Shown here piece by piece: positions 1-8,902 of a stretch of DNA of 64,000 bases. The DNA comes from an uncultured Acidimicrobiia bacterium. GTDB taxonomy: Bacteria > Actinomycetota > Acidimicrobiia > Spongiisociales > ZC4RG35. The DNA lies in assembly GCA_964195405.1 (NCBI GenBank), contig CAXMPK010000119.1:13075-77074 (forward strand), given 5' to 3'. The number at the start of each line of letters is the position of its first letter. Position 1 is the first letter of the stretch. The translations under genes were made by a program, and so were the position numbers. A model generated the notes under the pieces. The model did no database searches. It saw only the letters and a program-made list of their open reading frames with translations, and was not told the origin of the DNA.

Positions 1-1
1 T

Positions 2-706
2 GTACGTGGCCTGCGGGTGGGAGTGGTCAAGGAGTTGTCGGGTGAAGGATATGAGCCCGCTGTCGAAGAGGCCGTGGCCACCATGGTGGAGCGACTGGCC
101 GCCGAAGGCGCTGAGATAGTTGAGGTGTCTCTGCCCACGTTCGATATCGCCATGTCGGCCTATTACCTGATCGCCCCAGCAGAGGCCTCAGCCAACCTGG
201 CCCGTTTCGACGGGATTCGCTTCGGTCACCGAGCCGAAGGAGCCACCACCAACGCCCTGATGGCACGGACAAGGGCCGAAGGTTTCGGCCCGGAAGTGAT
301 CAGAAGAATTCTGCTGGGGACATATGCACTATCGGCCGGGTATTACGACGCTTTCTATGGCCAGGCCCAGAAGGTGAGGGCGGCAGTCCAGGAGGACCTT
401 GCCCGAACCTATAAGACGGTTGACGTGTTGGTTTCACCGACCAGCCCAACCGTGGCGTTTGTGGCCGGCGACCGGGTTGACGATCCACTCGCCATGTATC
501 TGTCGGACATCTGCACGATCCCGATGAACCTCTCGGGTGATCCGGGGATCTCGGTGCCGATCAGCCTGGACCACCAGAATCTTCCGATCGGATTTCATGT
601 GATGGCACCCTCACTCGGCGAGTCGGTCCTGTTCAGGGTTGCAGCGGAAGTCGAGCGTCTCGCGGAGTTCACCGCGAAACCCGTGCTCCAAGAGGTTGCT
701 GGATGA
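2..706 (+). CDS. gatA: Glu-tRNA(Gln)/Asp-tRNA(Asn) amidotransferase subunit A, C-terminal part; the 5' end lies outside the window
   Basis: Amidase-signature-like segment DICTIPMNLSGDPGISVPISL. The stop overlaps the gatB start as ATGA. The frame is open to the window edge. Confidence 0.85.
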   Translation, partial: VRGLRVGVVKELSGEGYEPAVEEAVATMVERLAAEGAEIVEVSLPTFDIAMSAYYLIAPAEASANLARFDGIRFGHRAEGATTNALMARTRAEGFGPEVIRRILLGTYALSAGYYDAFYGQAQKVRAAVQEDLARTYKTVDVLVSPTSPTVAFVAGDRVDDPLAMYLSDICTIPMNLSGDPGISVPISLDHQNLPIGFHVMAPSLGESVLFRVAAEVERLAEFTAKPVLQEVAG

Positions 707-2175
707 CTTCTCCGACTGCCAACCCGACGAAATACGAGTCCGTGATCGGTATTGAGGTCCATGTCGAGCTCGCCACCAAATCGAAGATGTTTTGCGGCTG
801 TGCCGTCGAGTTCGGTGCCGAGCCCAACACCAACATATGCCCGGTCTGTCTCGGTCTTCCCGGAGCACTGCCAGTGGCCAACGCACAGGCCATCGAATGG
901 ATCATGGAGATCGGTCTGGCCCTCGACTGCGAGGTATCGGAGCGTTCCATTTTTCATCGGAAAAACTACTTCTATGCAGACTTGCCAAAGAACTATCAGA
1001 TCAGCCAGTTCGACATCCCGGTCTGTCATGACGGTCATCTGGATGTGACGGTCGACAACAACACCACCCGGATACGGATCGAACGTGCCCACATGGAAGA
1101 GGACACTGGAAAATCCACTCACATTGGCGATGGCGGGCGGATCCACTCAGCTGAGTCGACTCTGCTCGACTTCAACCGCTCAGGTGTTCCCTTGGTGGAG
1201 ATCGTTACTCGACCCGACATCCGAAGTGCCGCTGAGTCGAGGGTTTACGCACAGGAGCTGAGGTCCGTTGTTGCTGAACTCGGGGTGTCCGATGCCAGGT
1301 TGGAGGAAGGTTCGATCAGGTTTGATGCCAATGTCTCGATCCGCCCCGAAGGTCAGGAAGAGCTGGGAACCAAGGTCGAGATAAAGAATATGAACTCGTT
1401 TCGCTCACTGGAACGAGCGGTCGAATATGAGATTGAGCGTCAGATCGCCGCGGTTGACGCCGGACGGCCGATCGTCATGGAGACCCGACACTGGGATGAG
1501 GAGGCCGAAGTCACCCATTCCATGCGAATCAAGGAAGGGTCATCCGACTACCGCTATTTCACAGAGCCAGATTTGGTGCCCATGTTGATGGACGAGTCCT
1601 GGGTGACTGCCGTCCGGGAGGGTCTTCCCGAGCTGCCTGCTGACCGCCTGGTCCGATATCAAAGCCAGGGTCTCGAGGGCGATCTCGCCGGGGTGATGTC
1701 TGCGGCCTCGACCCCCGTCCGCAGCGTCTATGAAAACGCCGTGGACTCTGGGGGGGACCCGAAGTCGGCGGCCAACTGGCTAACAGGCGAAGTAACAGCT
1801 TGGTTGCGTCGCAACGACACTGATCCGACCGATATGTCGTTGGACGGAGCCCAGCTCACCGAGTTGCTTGCCATTGTCGATGAGGGTGTCGTGTCTTCGT
1901 CGGCGGCAAAGGAAGTCCTCGTCGGAGTGCTCGAAGGTGAAGGAACTGCGAGGGAGGTCGCAGAGAGTCGCGATCTCGTTCAGATCTCCGACCTCAGTGC
2001 CCTCGAGGCTGCGGTCGACGCCGTGCTGGATGCCAACCCTGAGGCCGCCGATAATTACCGTTCCGGTGAGCAGAAAGTGCTGGGTTTCTTGGTCGGGCAG
2101 GTCATGCGCGCCACCCAGGGGAAGGCCGATCCCAAACAGGTCAACCAGCTTCTCCGAGGCAAGCTGGCAAGCTGA
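703..2175 (+). CDS. gatB: Asp-tRNA(Asn)/Glu-tRNA(Gln) amidotransferase subunit B
   Basis: N-terminus YESVIGIEVHVELATKSKMFCGC and the conserved GatB core. C-terminal GatB/YqeY-like tail. Coupled to gatA. Confidence 0.9.
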   Translation: MTSPTANPTKYESVIGIEVHVELATKSKMFCGCAVEFGAEPNTNICPVCLGLPGALPVANAQAIEWIMEIGLALDCEVSERSIFHRKNYFYADLPKNYQISQFDIPVCHDGHLDVTVDNNTTRIRIERAHMEEDTGKSTHIGDGGRIHSAESTLLDFNRSGVPLVEIVTRPDIRSAAESRVYAQELRSVVAELGVSDARLEEGSIRFDANVSIRPEGQEELGTKVEIKNMNSFRSLERAVEYEIERQIAAVDAGRPIVMETRHWDEEAEVTHSMRIKEGSSDYRYFTEPDLVPMLMDESWVTAVREGLPELPADRLVRYQSQGLEGDLAGVMSAASTPVRSVYENAVDSGGDPKSAANWLTGEVTAWLRRNDTDPTDMSLDGAQLTELLAIVDEGVVSSSAAKEVLVGVLEGEGTAREVAESRDLVQISDLSALEAAVDAVLDANPEAADNYRSGEQKVLGFLVGQVMRATQGKADPKQVNQLLRGKLAS

Positions 2176-2189
2176 CCCCTCCGGTTAGC

Positions 2190-3632
2190 GTGGTGCAAAT
2201 GCAACGTCAGACCAAGATCATCGCCACCCTCGGTCCATCGGTGGGTACCGAGGACGGTGTGAAGTCGTTGGTGGCGGCGGGCATGGATGTCGCCCGACTC
2301 AACTTCTCCCACGGAGACCACGACTTCCATCGCCAGATGTTGATCTGGGTTCGATCGGCTGGACACGAGTTGGGGCGAAACGTGGCGGTGATGCAGGATG
2401 TCCAGGGGCCAAAGCTCCGGCTCGGAGAATTCCCCGGTGGGTCGTTCGAGCTGGAAACGGGCACTGTGGTCGAGTTGGCCCCCGATGCGGGTGAAGGTTC
2501 GCATCGGAGAATCCCAATCGGTTACAGCAACCTTCTCGATGATGTCGAGACTGGTCACAGGGTCATTCTCGCCGACGGACTCGCAACTCTGGAGGTTGTG
2601 GATTGCAGGGAGTCCTGTCTCGACGCCAGGGTCATCGTTGGAGGAGTTCTTTCAGATCACCAGGGCGTGGCCTTCCCCGACAGCCGACTCTCCGTCGCCA
2701 CTATTACCGAGAAGGATGAGATCGACCTCGCTTACGGGCTGGAGTTGGGCGTCGACTACGTAGCCGCCTCTTTCGTGCGCTCGGCGTCTGACGTCGAGGC
2801 AGTTGCCGCTCTTGCCGGCGACACGCCAGTCATTGCCAAGATCGAGCTGGCTCAGGCCCTGGATAATCTTGATGAGATCGTTCAGTCGTCGTTTGGGGTG
2901 ATGGTTGCCAGGGGGGATCTCGGGGTTCAGCTCCCATTGGAGAGAATTCCGCTGATCCAGAGCGACATTCTTTCCCGCGCCAACTCGGCAGGTGTCATCT
3001 CTGTAACTGCCACCGAGATGCTCGAGTCGATGACGCACAGCCCGCGACCCACTCGCGCCGAGGTCACCGATGTCGCCAACGCGGTGATGGCGGGCACAGA
3101 CGCGGTGATGCTGTCTGGTGAGACGGCTGTGGGCGACTATCCGGCCGAGGCGGTTGAAGCCATGGCGAGGATCTGTCAAACAGTCGAAGAGGGCACTTTG
3201 GGCAAGCGCGGAGAGACTCCGGTTGCTTTCGTTGGTGATGAGAACAATGTCGCTTCGGCTGTTTCGCTGGCGGCGACACAGATCTCGAGGAACGTCGGAG
3301 CCGGGACGATCGTAGCTTTCACCGAATCGGGCAACACCGCGCGACTCATCTCCAAATACCGTCCCGAGCAGCGAATCGTGGCCTTTACTCCCAACGACGC
3401 AACACTCCGTCGGATGGCCCTCTATTGGGGAGTCATTTCACATGAGTTCAAACGACGCGACTCCACAGATGAGGAGATGGCTGCGGCTGCGCGCCATCTC
3501 GAGGCCGATGGTTTGGCTGAGAGCGGTGAGACGGTGGTAATGGTTGCGGGAGTTCCTCCAAATTTCCAAGCTTCTACCAATCTCGTGAAAGTACACAAGA
3601 TCGGTGAGCTTTCTGGTGGTCTCGGAGGCTGA
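2190..3632 (+). CDS. pyk: pyruvate kinase
   Basis: QTKIIATLGPS N-terminus, the MVARGDLG motif, and a C-terminal regulatory domain. 480 aa. Confidence 0.9.
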   Translation: MVQMQRQTKIIATLGPSVGTEDGVKSLVAAGMDVARLNFSHGDHDFHRQMLIWVRSAGHELGRNVAVMQDVQGPKLRLGEFPGGSFELETGTVVELAPDAGEGSHRRIPIGYSNLLDDVETGHRVILADGLATLEVVDCRESCLDARVIVGGVLSDHQGVAFPDSRLSVATITEKDEIDLAYGLELGVDYVAASFVRSASDVEAVAALAGDTPVIAKIELAQALDNLDEIVQSSFGVMVARGDLGVQLPLERIPLIQSDILSRANSAGVISVTATEMLESMTHSPRPTRAEVTDVANAVMAGTDAVMLSGETAVGDYPAEAVEAMARICQTVEEGTLGKRGETPVAFVGDENNVASAVSLAATQISRNVGAGTIVAFTESGNTARLISKYRPEQRIVAFTPNDATLRRMALYWGVISHEFKRRDSTDEEMAAAARHLEADGLAESGETVVMVAGVPPNFQASTNLVKVHKIGELSGGLGG

Positions 3633-3647
3633 GTACGATCGGATGCA

Positions 3648-3944
3648 ATGGGTCAGAACGTAGAAATCAAGGACGCTGTGGAGATTGGCGACGTTCTCAT
3701 CGTCGACACCGATAGAAGCTTCACCGGCCAAGACGGTCATGTAATCACCCCCGAGTCCGGTGGAGAGGGTGTGCCGCGATTGCTCGCCTCTCGTCTATTC
3801 GATCTCGATATCGGAATCGATCATGTCTTTGTCCTCCAGAACACGGTCACGGTGCGCCGACCGGGCGGATGGGACGAGGACAGCGCCGGAAGTGTTACCG
3901 ACGTCACCCACACCTTCCTGCGTTTCTACAACGAAGAGGAATAG
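3648..3944 (+). CDS. hypothetical small protein (98 aa)
   Basis: ORF in the pyk/epimerase intergenic space with coding-like GC3. No motif was recognised. Followed by a hairpin. Confidence 0.35.
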   Translation: MGQNVEIKDAVEIGDVLIVDTDRSFTGQDGHVITPESGGEGVPRLLASRLFDLDIGIDHVFVLQNTVTVRRPGGWDEDSAGSVTDVTHTFLRFYNEEE

Positions 3945-3952
3945 CAGTCACC

Positions 3953-3972
3953 TAAGGGGAGACGACCCCTTA
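3953..3972. terminator. GC-rich hairpin between convergent genes: TAAGGGG-agacga-CCCCTTA
   Basis: 7-bp perfect inverted repeat with a 6-nt loop, seen directly. There is no clear U-tract. It overlaps the stop of the minus-strand epimerase gene. Confidence 0.3.
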
Positions 3973-4944
3973 AACACCCCGCCTATCGAACCAGTCGTAG
4001 ACATCGGCCACGGTGTCTTCGATCGGACGTGGCTCATGGCCCAACTGCTGATGAGCTTTCTCCCCTGTGATCGGCGGGCAGTGCTGCAAAGCATGTAAAG
4101 ACCCGCTGGTAAAGGTCAGGGCGCTGCCGCTCCGTCTGCTGAGGCGGTCGCCGACAGGGCTCCACATCTTTGCCATCCACATTGGCATGGTGATCCTTGG
4201 TTTTGGCGTGCCACTCACCTGCTCGACGATGGTGGCCAGCTCAGCCATGGTGCAATGGTGTCCCGGGAGCAAATAGTTCTCGCCCTTGAGCCCCCGCGCG
4301 TCTGCGGCCAGGATCGAGTTGGCAACGTCTCGGGAATCGACCCAGTCGAACCCACCTTCTATCAAGGCTGGGAGTTTGCCCGCGAACAGAGCTTGGAACA
4401 CTTGGCCCATGTGCGAGGGCACATAGTCGTAGGGGCCGATGATGCCGGTCGGGTTGACGATCACTGCGTCCAGACCTCGATCGATCACGTCACGCAACAC
4501 CGACTCACCGGCGGCTTTCGACCGGTCGTATGCAGGGAGTTGCGGAGCTGTTGCCCGGGCGTGTTCCTCGGTGATGGGCCTGCCGCCGGTTTCGAGGTCG
4601 AAGGCATGGACCGAACTGCAGTGGACCATCCGTCGCACCCGCCTTTCGAGCGCCGCTTCGGCAACGTTGCGCGCGCCGTCGACGTTGACCCGTCTCACTT
4701 GTCCAGAAGCGTCTCCGGCAATGGAGATCAGCGCAACAAGGTGGTAGACAGCTTCGGCGCCGTCAAAAGCTGTGAGAAGACTCTCGGGATCGAGCACGTC
4801 GCCGCGAACGAACTCAACATCGAGCCCTTGGAGAGTCGGCCCACGGTGAAGGTCAACGGCTCGCACGGTGCGGTCCTGTTCGAGAAGACTTCTCACCACT
4901 GCCCCGCCAAGGAACCCGGACGCACCGGTGACGACAGTGGTCAT
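3970..4944 (-). CDS. NAD-dependent epimerase/dehydratase family protein (extended SDR)
   Basis: N-terminal Rossmann motif VVTGASGFLGGAVVRSL. 324 aa, a typical extended-SDR length. Confidence 0.75.
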   Translation of the reverse strand: MTTVVTGASGFLGGAVVRSLLEQDRTVRAVDLHRGPTLQGLDVEFVRGDVLDPESLLTAFDGAEAVYHLVALISIAGDASGQVRRVNVDGARNVAEAALERRVRRMVHCSSVHAFDLETGGRPITEEHARATAPQLPAYDRSKAAGESVLRDVIDRGLDAVIVNPTGIIGPYDYVPSHMGQVFQALFAGKLPALIEGGFDWVDSRDVANSILAADARGLKGENYLLPGHHCTMAELATIVEQVSGTPKPRITMPMWMAKMWSPVGDRLSRRSGSALTFTSGSLHALQHCPPITGEKAHQQLGHEPRPIEDTVADVYDWFDRRGV

Positions 4945-4953
4945 TTGGGATCC

Positions 4954-6930
4954 TTAAGGCGTGGTCGGAGGAGGAGTAGAAGTAGGCGTAGTAGGAGTAG
5001 TTGTGCTCGGAGGAATTGTTGTGGTAGTGGTTGTGGTCGGACAGGTGTGCTCCCGACCCGGGATCTTGCACGGATGAACCTCAAAGACCGCAAAAGCCGG
5101 TGAATAGCGGACGGCCCATTCCTCTTCCCTGAGCAGCTCGGTGCCGTCTCTGAGGATGCGTCGGGTCACAGTGACGCTCCAACCGTCTCTTTCGGTCTGA
5201 GTCTGGTCTACCTGATTGAGACCGAAGTTTGGATTCCCCCGGTATTTCGGCGCTCCCGGGCTGGTGTGGGCAAAACGCTCGCTGACGGTGCCCACGACAT
5301 GAAGGGCATCGGGTCCACCCGATGAGGCCACCCACCTCTTGGTCTGACCACCACTCTGTTCACCCTTGACGGTTCGTCCATCATTCTCGCCAAAGATGCG
5401 AATCGTGATCGAATCGGCCGTGTGAATGGTGTCGATCATGATCGCCTTGTTGGTGTTGTTGCGGAACACAAGGTCTGGCGTTGTCCAGTTGATGGTGGCT
5501 TCGATCCCCTCGGGATAGCGGCTGAAGTAATAGGAGTGCGGCTTATGGGTTATGTCTTGGTAGCCCCCCCAAAACACCGCGTTGTACATAGTTGTAGCGA
5601 ATTGGCTGACACCGCCACCGACTGTGTCCTTGAGCTCGCCGGCGACGATCGTCCCAGCAGGAACGTAGCCCTTCTCCGATGTGCGTTGTCCAACGAAGCC
5701 GTTGACACTGAATTCCTGACCGGATCTGACTATCACCCCATCCAACCGGTCTGCCATGTTCTGAATGTTGGTCACACGGTCGGCACAACAGGGGTGATAG
5801 GTAGTAAAAGATGACACCAGATGATTGATCCCCAGCGTCTCGAGCTCCTCTGTGGTGACGTCCGGTTCAGCATCCTCGACCAGGGAGAGTTGACCTGTTC
5901 GGTTAGTGGAGAGGCCGGCCAGATAGAGACGCACCGCCGCTTCGTTTTCGTCGATCCTGGTTCCACGGCTACCTGGCTCTATCGAAATACTGTCACCGGA
6001 GATGACAAATCTGGCGTTGACTGGCTCGGCTTCGAAATCGGACCGGAGCGGGACGAGAAACCCGTCGATTACCTCCGGATCGAAAGAGTTGATGATTTGG
6101 GGTGAGCCGCCGGCAATGGTCTCGGATCGGAACGCTTCCATGAGTTGTTCCGACGTGAGTGTGATGTTGCTGTTGTTGTAGACGAGTTTGATCGGACCGG
6201 CGACAAGTGTGTTGGCTTCGAGCAGTGCCTCATCAATGTCCCCATCGTTTAGCTGAGGGATGATCGTCACGGTGGGGAGAGCGGCGTTGCCGCCATTGTT
6301 GGCCAGCATCGCGGCAAGCATGATCTCCGATGCAGCGTCACGGTCGACACCCGTCCCGGTCTCCGGGTAGATCGGTTGCACCACACTCTCAACCAGCTCG
6401 AGCGAACCAAGGCTGGCGGGCATTCCGATGACATCGGTGTCCCACGTGTCAAAGACATCGGCCATCGCTTGGTTGTCCACCGATCCAGTCAGGTCGAGTT
6501 CGACTTTTGAGAAGACATGACCCATCCACCAAAGGAACTGATAGATGGCGTTGCCCTCGCGGCCAACTGCCATGGCGCTGTCGACAATCGCGAACTCATC
6601 GACATCGAATCCGGTGACCGGAGGCTGGATATGCACCGGTGTACCGTCAAGGGAGAAGCTGGCGGTTTTGGCGAGATGCTCGTCCTCGACCGCAACCATT
6701 GTGTTCAACGCCTGGTCCACGGTCTGTCCGCCAATCTCCGTCCCGGAAACGTCGACTCTGCCCATAACCTCGTCCTGAGAGAAGGCTCGTGTCAGTCCGT
6801 AGAAGCTCAAAAGGGCGACGAAAAGTCCACCGACGATGATGGCAGCTGCCACCAACGGATGTATGCGAAAAAGGAAGCTGTCTTTCATGGATGAGGCCGC
6901 CATAATCGACCGGAGGCCGGGAATTCGCAT
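4954..6930 (-). CDS. VanW family protein
   Basis: One N-terminal TM segment and a VanW-like core (YHPCCADRVTNIQ...GQEFSVN). Low-complexity Thr/Pro tail at the C-terminus. The true start may be the internal Met at MAASSMKD. Confidence 0.7.
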   Translation of the reverse strand: MRIPGLRSIMAASSMKDSFLFRIHPLVAAAIIVGGLFVALLSFYGLTRAFSQDEVMGRVDVSGTEIGGQTVDQALNTMVAVEDEHLAKTASFSLDGTPVHIQPPVTGFDVDEFAIVDSAMAVGREGNAIYQFLWWMGHVFSKVELDLTGSVDNQAMADVFDTWDTDVIGMPASLGSLELVESVVQPIYPETGTGVDRDAASEIMLAAMLANNGGNAALPTVTIIPQLNDGDIDEALLEANTLVAGPIKLVYNNSNITLTSEQLMEAFRSETIAGGSPQIINSFDPEVIDGFLVPLRSDFEAEPVNARFVISGDSISIEPGSRGTRIDENEAAVRLYLAGLSTNRTGQLSLVEDAEPDVTTEELETLGINHLVSSFTTYHPCCADRVTNIQNMADRLDGVIVRSGQEFSVNGFVGQRTSEKGYVPAGTIVAGELKDTVGGGVSQFATTMYNAVFWGGYQDITHKPHSYYFSRYPEGIEATINWTTPDLVFRNNTNKAIMIDTIHTADSITIRIFGENDGRTVKGEQSGGQTKRWVASSGGPDALHVVGTVSERFAHTSPGAPKYRGNPNFGLNQVDQTQTERDGWSVTVTRRILRDGTELLREEEWAVRYSPAFAVFEVHPCKIPGREHTCPTTTTTTTIPPSTTTPTTPTSTPPPTTP

Positions 6931-6989
6931 GGTACATCCGCGAGGTCACCTACCAGAACCCATCTGAGCTGGGTCCAGGTATACGCTCG

Positions 6990-7772
6990 GTGATGATGAT
7001 TGTGTCTATCCCTCATGTGATCCCTGGCGATCCGCTACGTCTTTCTGCTTCGACGTACGTGGCATGGAAAAAGTGCCCGGATTCTGCAAAGGCACGTCTC
7101 GAGGGCATCTATGGACCCGATACCCGACCGGCTTTTCTGGGCAGTCTCGCCCACCGGATCTTCAGTCGGCACCTGACCGCTGGGCCGATCACGTCCGAGG
7201 AGTTCGTCCAGGCTTGCCGGGAGGAAATCGGTGGATCGAATCTCAACCACAAGCTGGCAGGGCTGGAGATGAAACCTTCGAGTCTGGCGGGTGTGATTGA
7301 GGAGGTCCGGGATCTCTACGAACGCTTCACAAGGTTGCCGACGGAGGGTTTCGAGGGATCCGAAGTAGACATCGACTACAAGGGCGATGACGCCGTCCAA
7401 CTCGTCGGAACGGTCGACGCCATATATCGAGAAGACCTTGGTGGGCATCGCCTCGTCGACTGGAAGACCGGCGAGTTAGGTGAGCCCGAAAACCAGCTGT
7501 TGTTCTATGCGTTGCTCTGGGCTCTAGACCGAGACGACATACCGTCATATGTAGAGGCAGTGTCGGTGAGGACAGGGGAGCGATATCGCACGGTCCCTTC
7601 CAGTGACGACATCAACCGAGTCGCCACTGAGGTCGCTGATTTGGCGAACGAGATGCGAAGCGCCTGGAACGAGGATTCCGGTCTGCCAAAGAGAGGAGGG
7701 CCCTGGTGTCGATTCTGTCCGATCCTGAGTGAATGCGACGAAGGCAAGTCGGCGGAGGCCCTTCTCAGATGA
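6990..7772 (+). CDS. PD-(D/E)XK nuclease family protein, Cas4/RecB-like with a four-Cys cluster
   Basis: N-terminal Cys (WKKCPDS) plus a C-terminal CRFCPILSEC triad, which is a Cas4/AddB-like Fe-S pattern. DAIY...VDWKTGE fits a D...E.K catalytic core. Confidence 0.5.
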   Translation: MMMIVSIPHVIPGDPLRLSASTYVAWKKCPDSAKARLEGIYGPDTRPAFLGSLAHRIFSRHLTAGPITSEEFVQACREEIGGSNLNHKLAGLEMKPSSLAGVIEEVRDLYERFTRLPTEGFEGSEVDIDYKGDDAVQLVGTVDAIYREDLGGHRLVDWKTGELGEPENQLLFYALLWALDRDDIPSYVEAVSVRTGERYRTVPSSDDINRVATEVADLANEMRSAWNEDSGLPKRGGPWCRFCPILSECDEGKSAEALLR

Positions 7773-7787
7773 TGCGTTGATCCCTAT

Positions 7788-7809
7788 TGTATTGATCACT
7801 GTCAATACA
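7788..7809. promoter_or_regulatory. Candidate ArsR/SmtB operator: TGTATTGA-tcactg-TCAATACA
   Basis: 8-bp perfect inverted repeat with a 6-bp spacer in an AT-rich island, ending 22 nt upstream of the ArsR ATG at 7831. Confidence 0.35.
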
Positions 7810-7830
7810 TCGTCTATCATCGACTCGACA

Positions 7831-8160
7831 ATGGACAATTGCTGCACACCACTCTTCGCCGGGGTGATCAACGATGAAGACGCCACCGAAATGGCACCAG
7901 TCCTGGCGGCTTTAGCCGACCCGGTCCGGCTCCGCGTGGTGTCGATGCTTGCCGCCGCACCCGATGGAAGTGCATGCGGCTGCGACCTCGAAGACCCGCT
8001 TGGGCTATCACAGCCGACGGTGTCCCATCATCTCAAAGTCCTTCGTGAAGCCGGGTTGATCGAAGGTGAACGACGTGGTCGCTGGATTCACTACCGCGTC
8101 GTCCCCGAGCGTCTTGCCGAGATCAGGGAGGCATTGAGCCCGGCTGGAGTTCTTGTCTGA
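7831..8160 (+). CDS. ArsR/SmtB family transcriptional regulator
   Basis: HTH region LADPVRLRVVSMLA...CGCDLEDPLGLSQPTVSHHLKVLREAGLI. The start is placed at the ATG downstream of the operator-like palindrome. The ORF track extends upstream to a GTG at 7729. Confidence 0.75.
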   Translation: MDNCCTPLFAGVINDEDATEMAPVLAALADPVRLRVVSMLAAAPDGSACGCDLEDPLGLSQPTVSHHLKVLREAGLIEGERRGRWIHYRVVPERLAEIREALSPAGVLV

Positions 8161-8182
8161 GAGGCAGCGTGGCCGCTCGCAT

Positions 8183-8902
8183 CTAGCCGGAAATGGCTTT
8201 CCGGAATGCGTGGAACAGCTCTCTATGTTCGCCTTCCATCCGTTCGGGATGCCACTGCACCCCTAGTGCCCACCAGGCTCCGTCGCAGCGGGCAGCTTCG
8301 ATTAAGCCGTCGTCGGTCCTGGCTTCCACGATGAGTTCGGGGGCGAGTCTTTTGATTCCCTGGTGATGAAGCGTGTTGACTTTCGCCTCGCTCGACTGAT
8401 ATAACCCGGCCAGAACCGACTCCGGTTCGAGTTGGACGACGTGGCGTCGTGCGTTGAGCTCGACCCGGTCAGTGTCTTTGTTGATCAGTTCGTGGGCGGT
8501 ACCCGAGACCAGGACATCCTGGGCGAGGGTGCCCCCCAAAGCAACATTGAGAAGCTGCAGCCCCCGACAAATCGCAAGCACTGGCTTGTCTTGAGCTCGG
8601 GCAGCCGTGACCACCGCGATCTCAAAGTCGTCGACGGCTTTGCTGTAACCCCTTGAGCCGTCATTCCCCAAACCGTATGACTCAGGGTCGACGTCGTCAC
8701 CACCCGAGATCAGCACCCCATCGACCATGTCGACGAGACGTTGAGCCTCGTCAGGATCCTGACCGTTCGGAAAGACGATTGGTGTCATCCCTGCGTCGAT
8801 GAGTGCGTCTGTGTAGAAGGTGGACAGAGTCTGCAGCGACTCCTTCCCCAGGAAGGTGTCCAGATCTCGTCGCCACGCCGTGACCGCAATGACTGGTCTC
8901 AT
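8183..8902 (-). CDS. class I glutamine amidotransferase-like gamma-glutamyl hydrolase (peptidase C26, PuuD-like)
   Basis: Catalytic Cys context LAICRGLQLLNVALGG and a C-terminal WALGVQWHPE. Confidence 0.75.
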   Translation of the reverse strand: MRPVIAVTAWRRDLDTFLGKESLQTLSTFYTDALIDAGMTPIVFPNGQDPDEAQRLVDMVDGVLISGGDDVDPESYGLGNDGSRGYSKAVDDFEIAVVTAARAQDKPVLAICRGLQLLNVALGGTLAQDVLVSGTAHELINKDTDRVELNARRHVVQLEPESVLAGLYQSSEAKVNTLHHQGIKRLAPELIVEARTDDGLIEAARCDGAWWALGVQWHPERMEGEHRELFHAFRKAISG

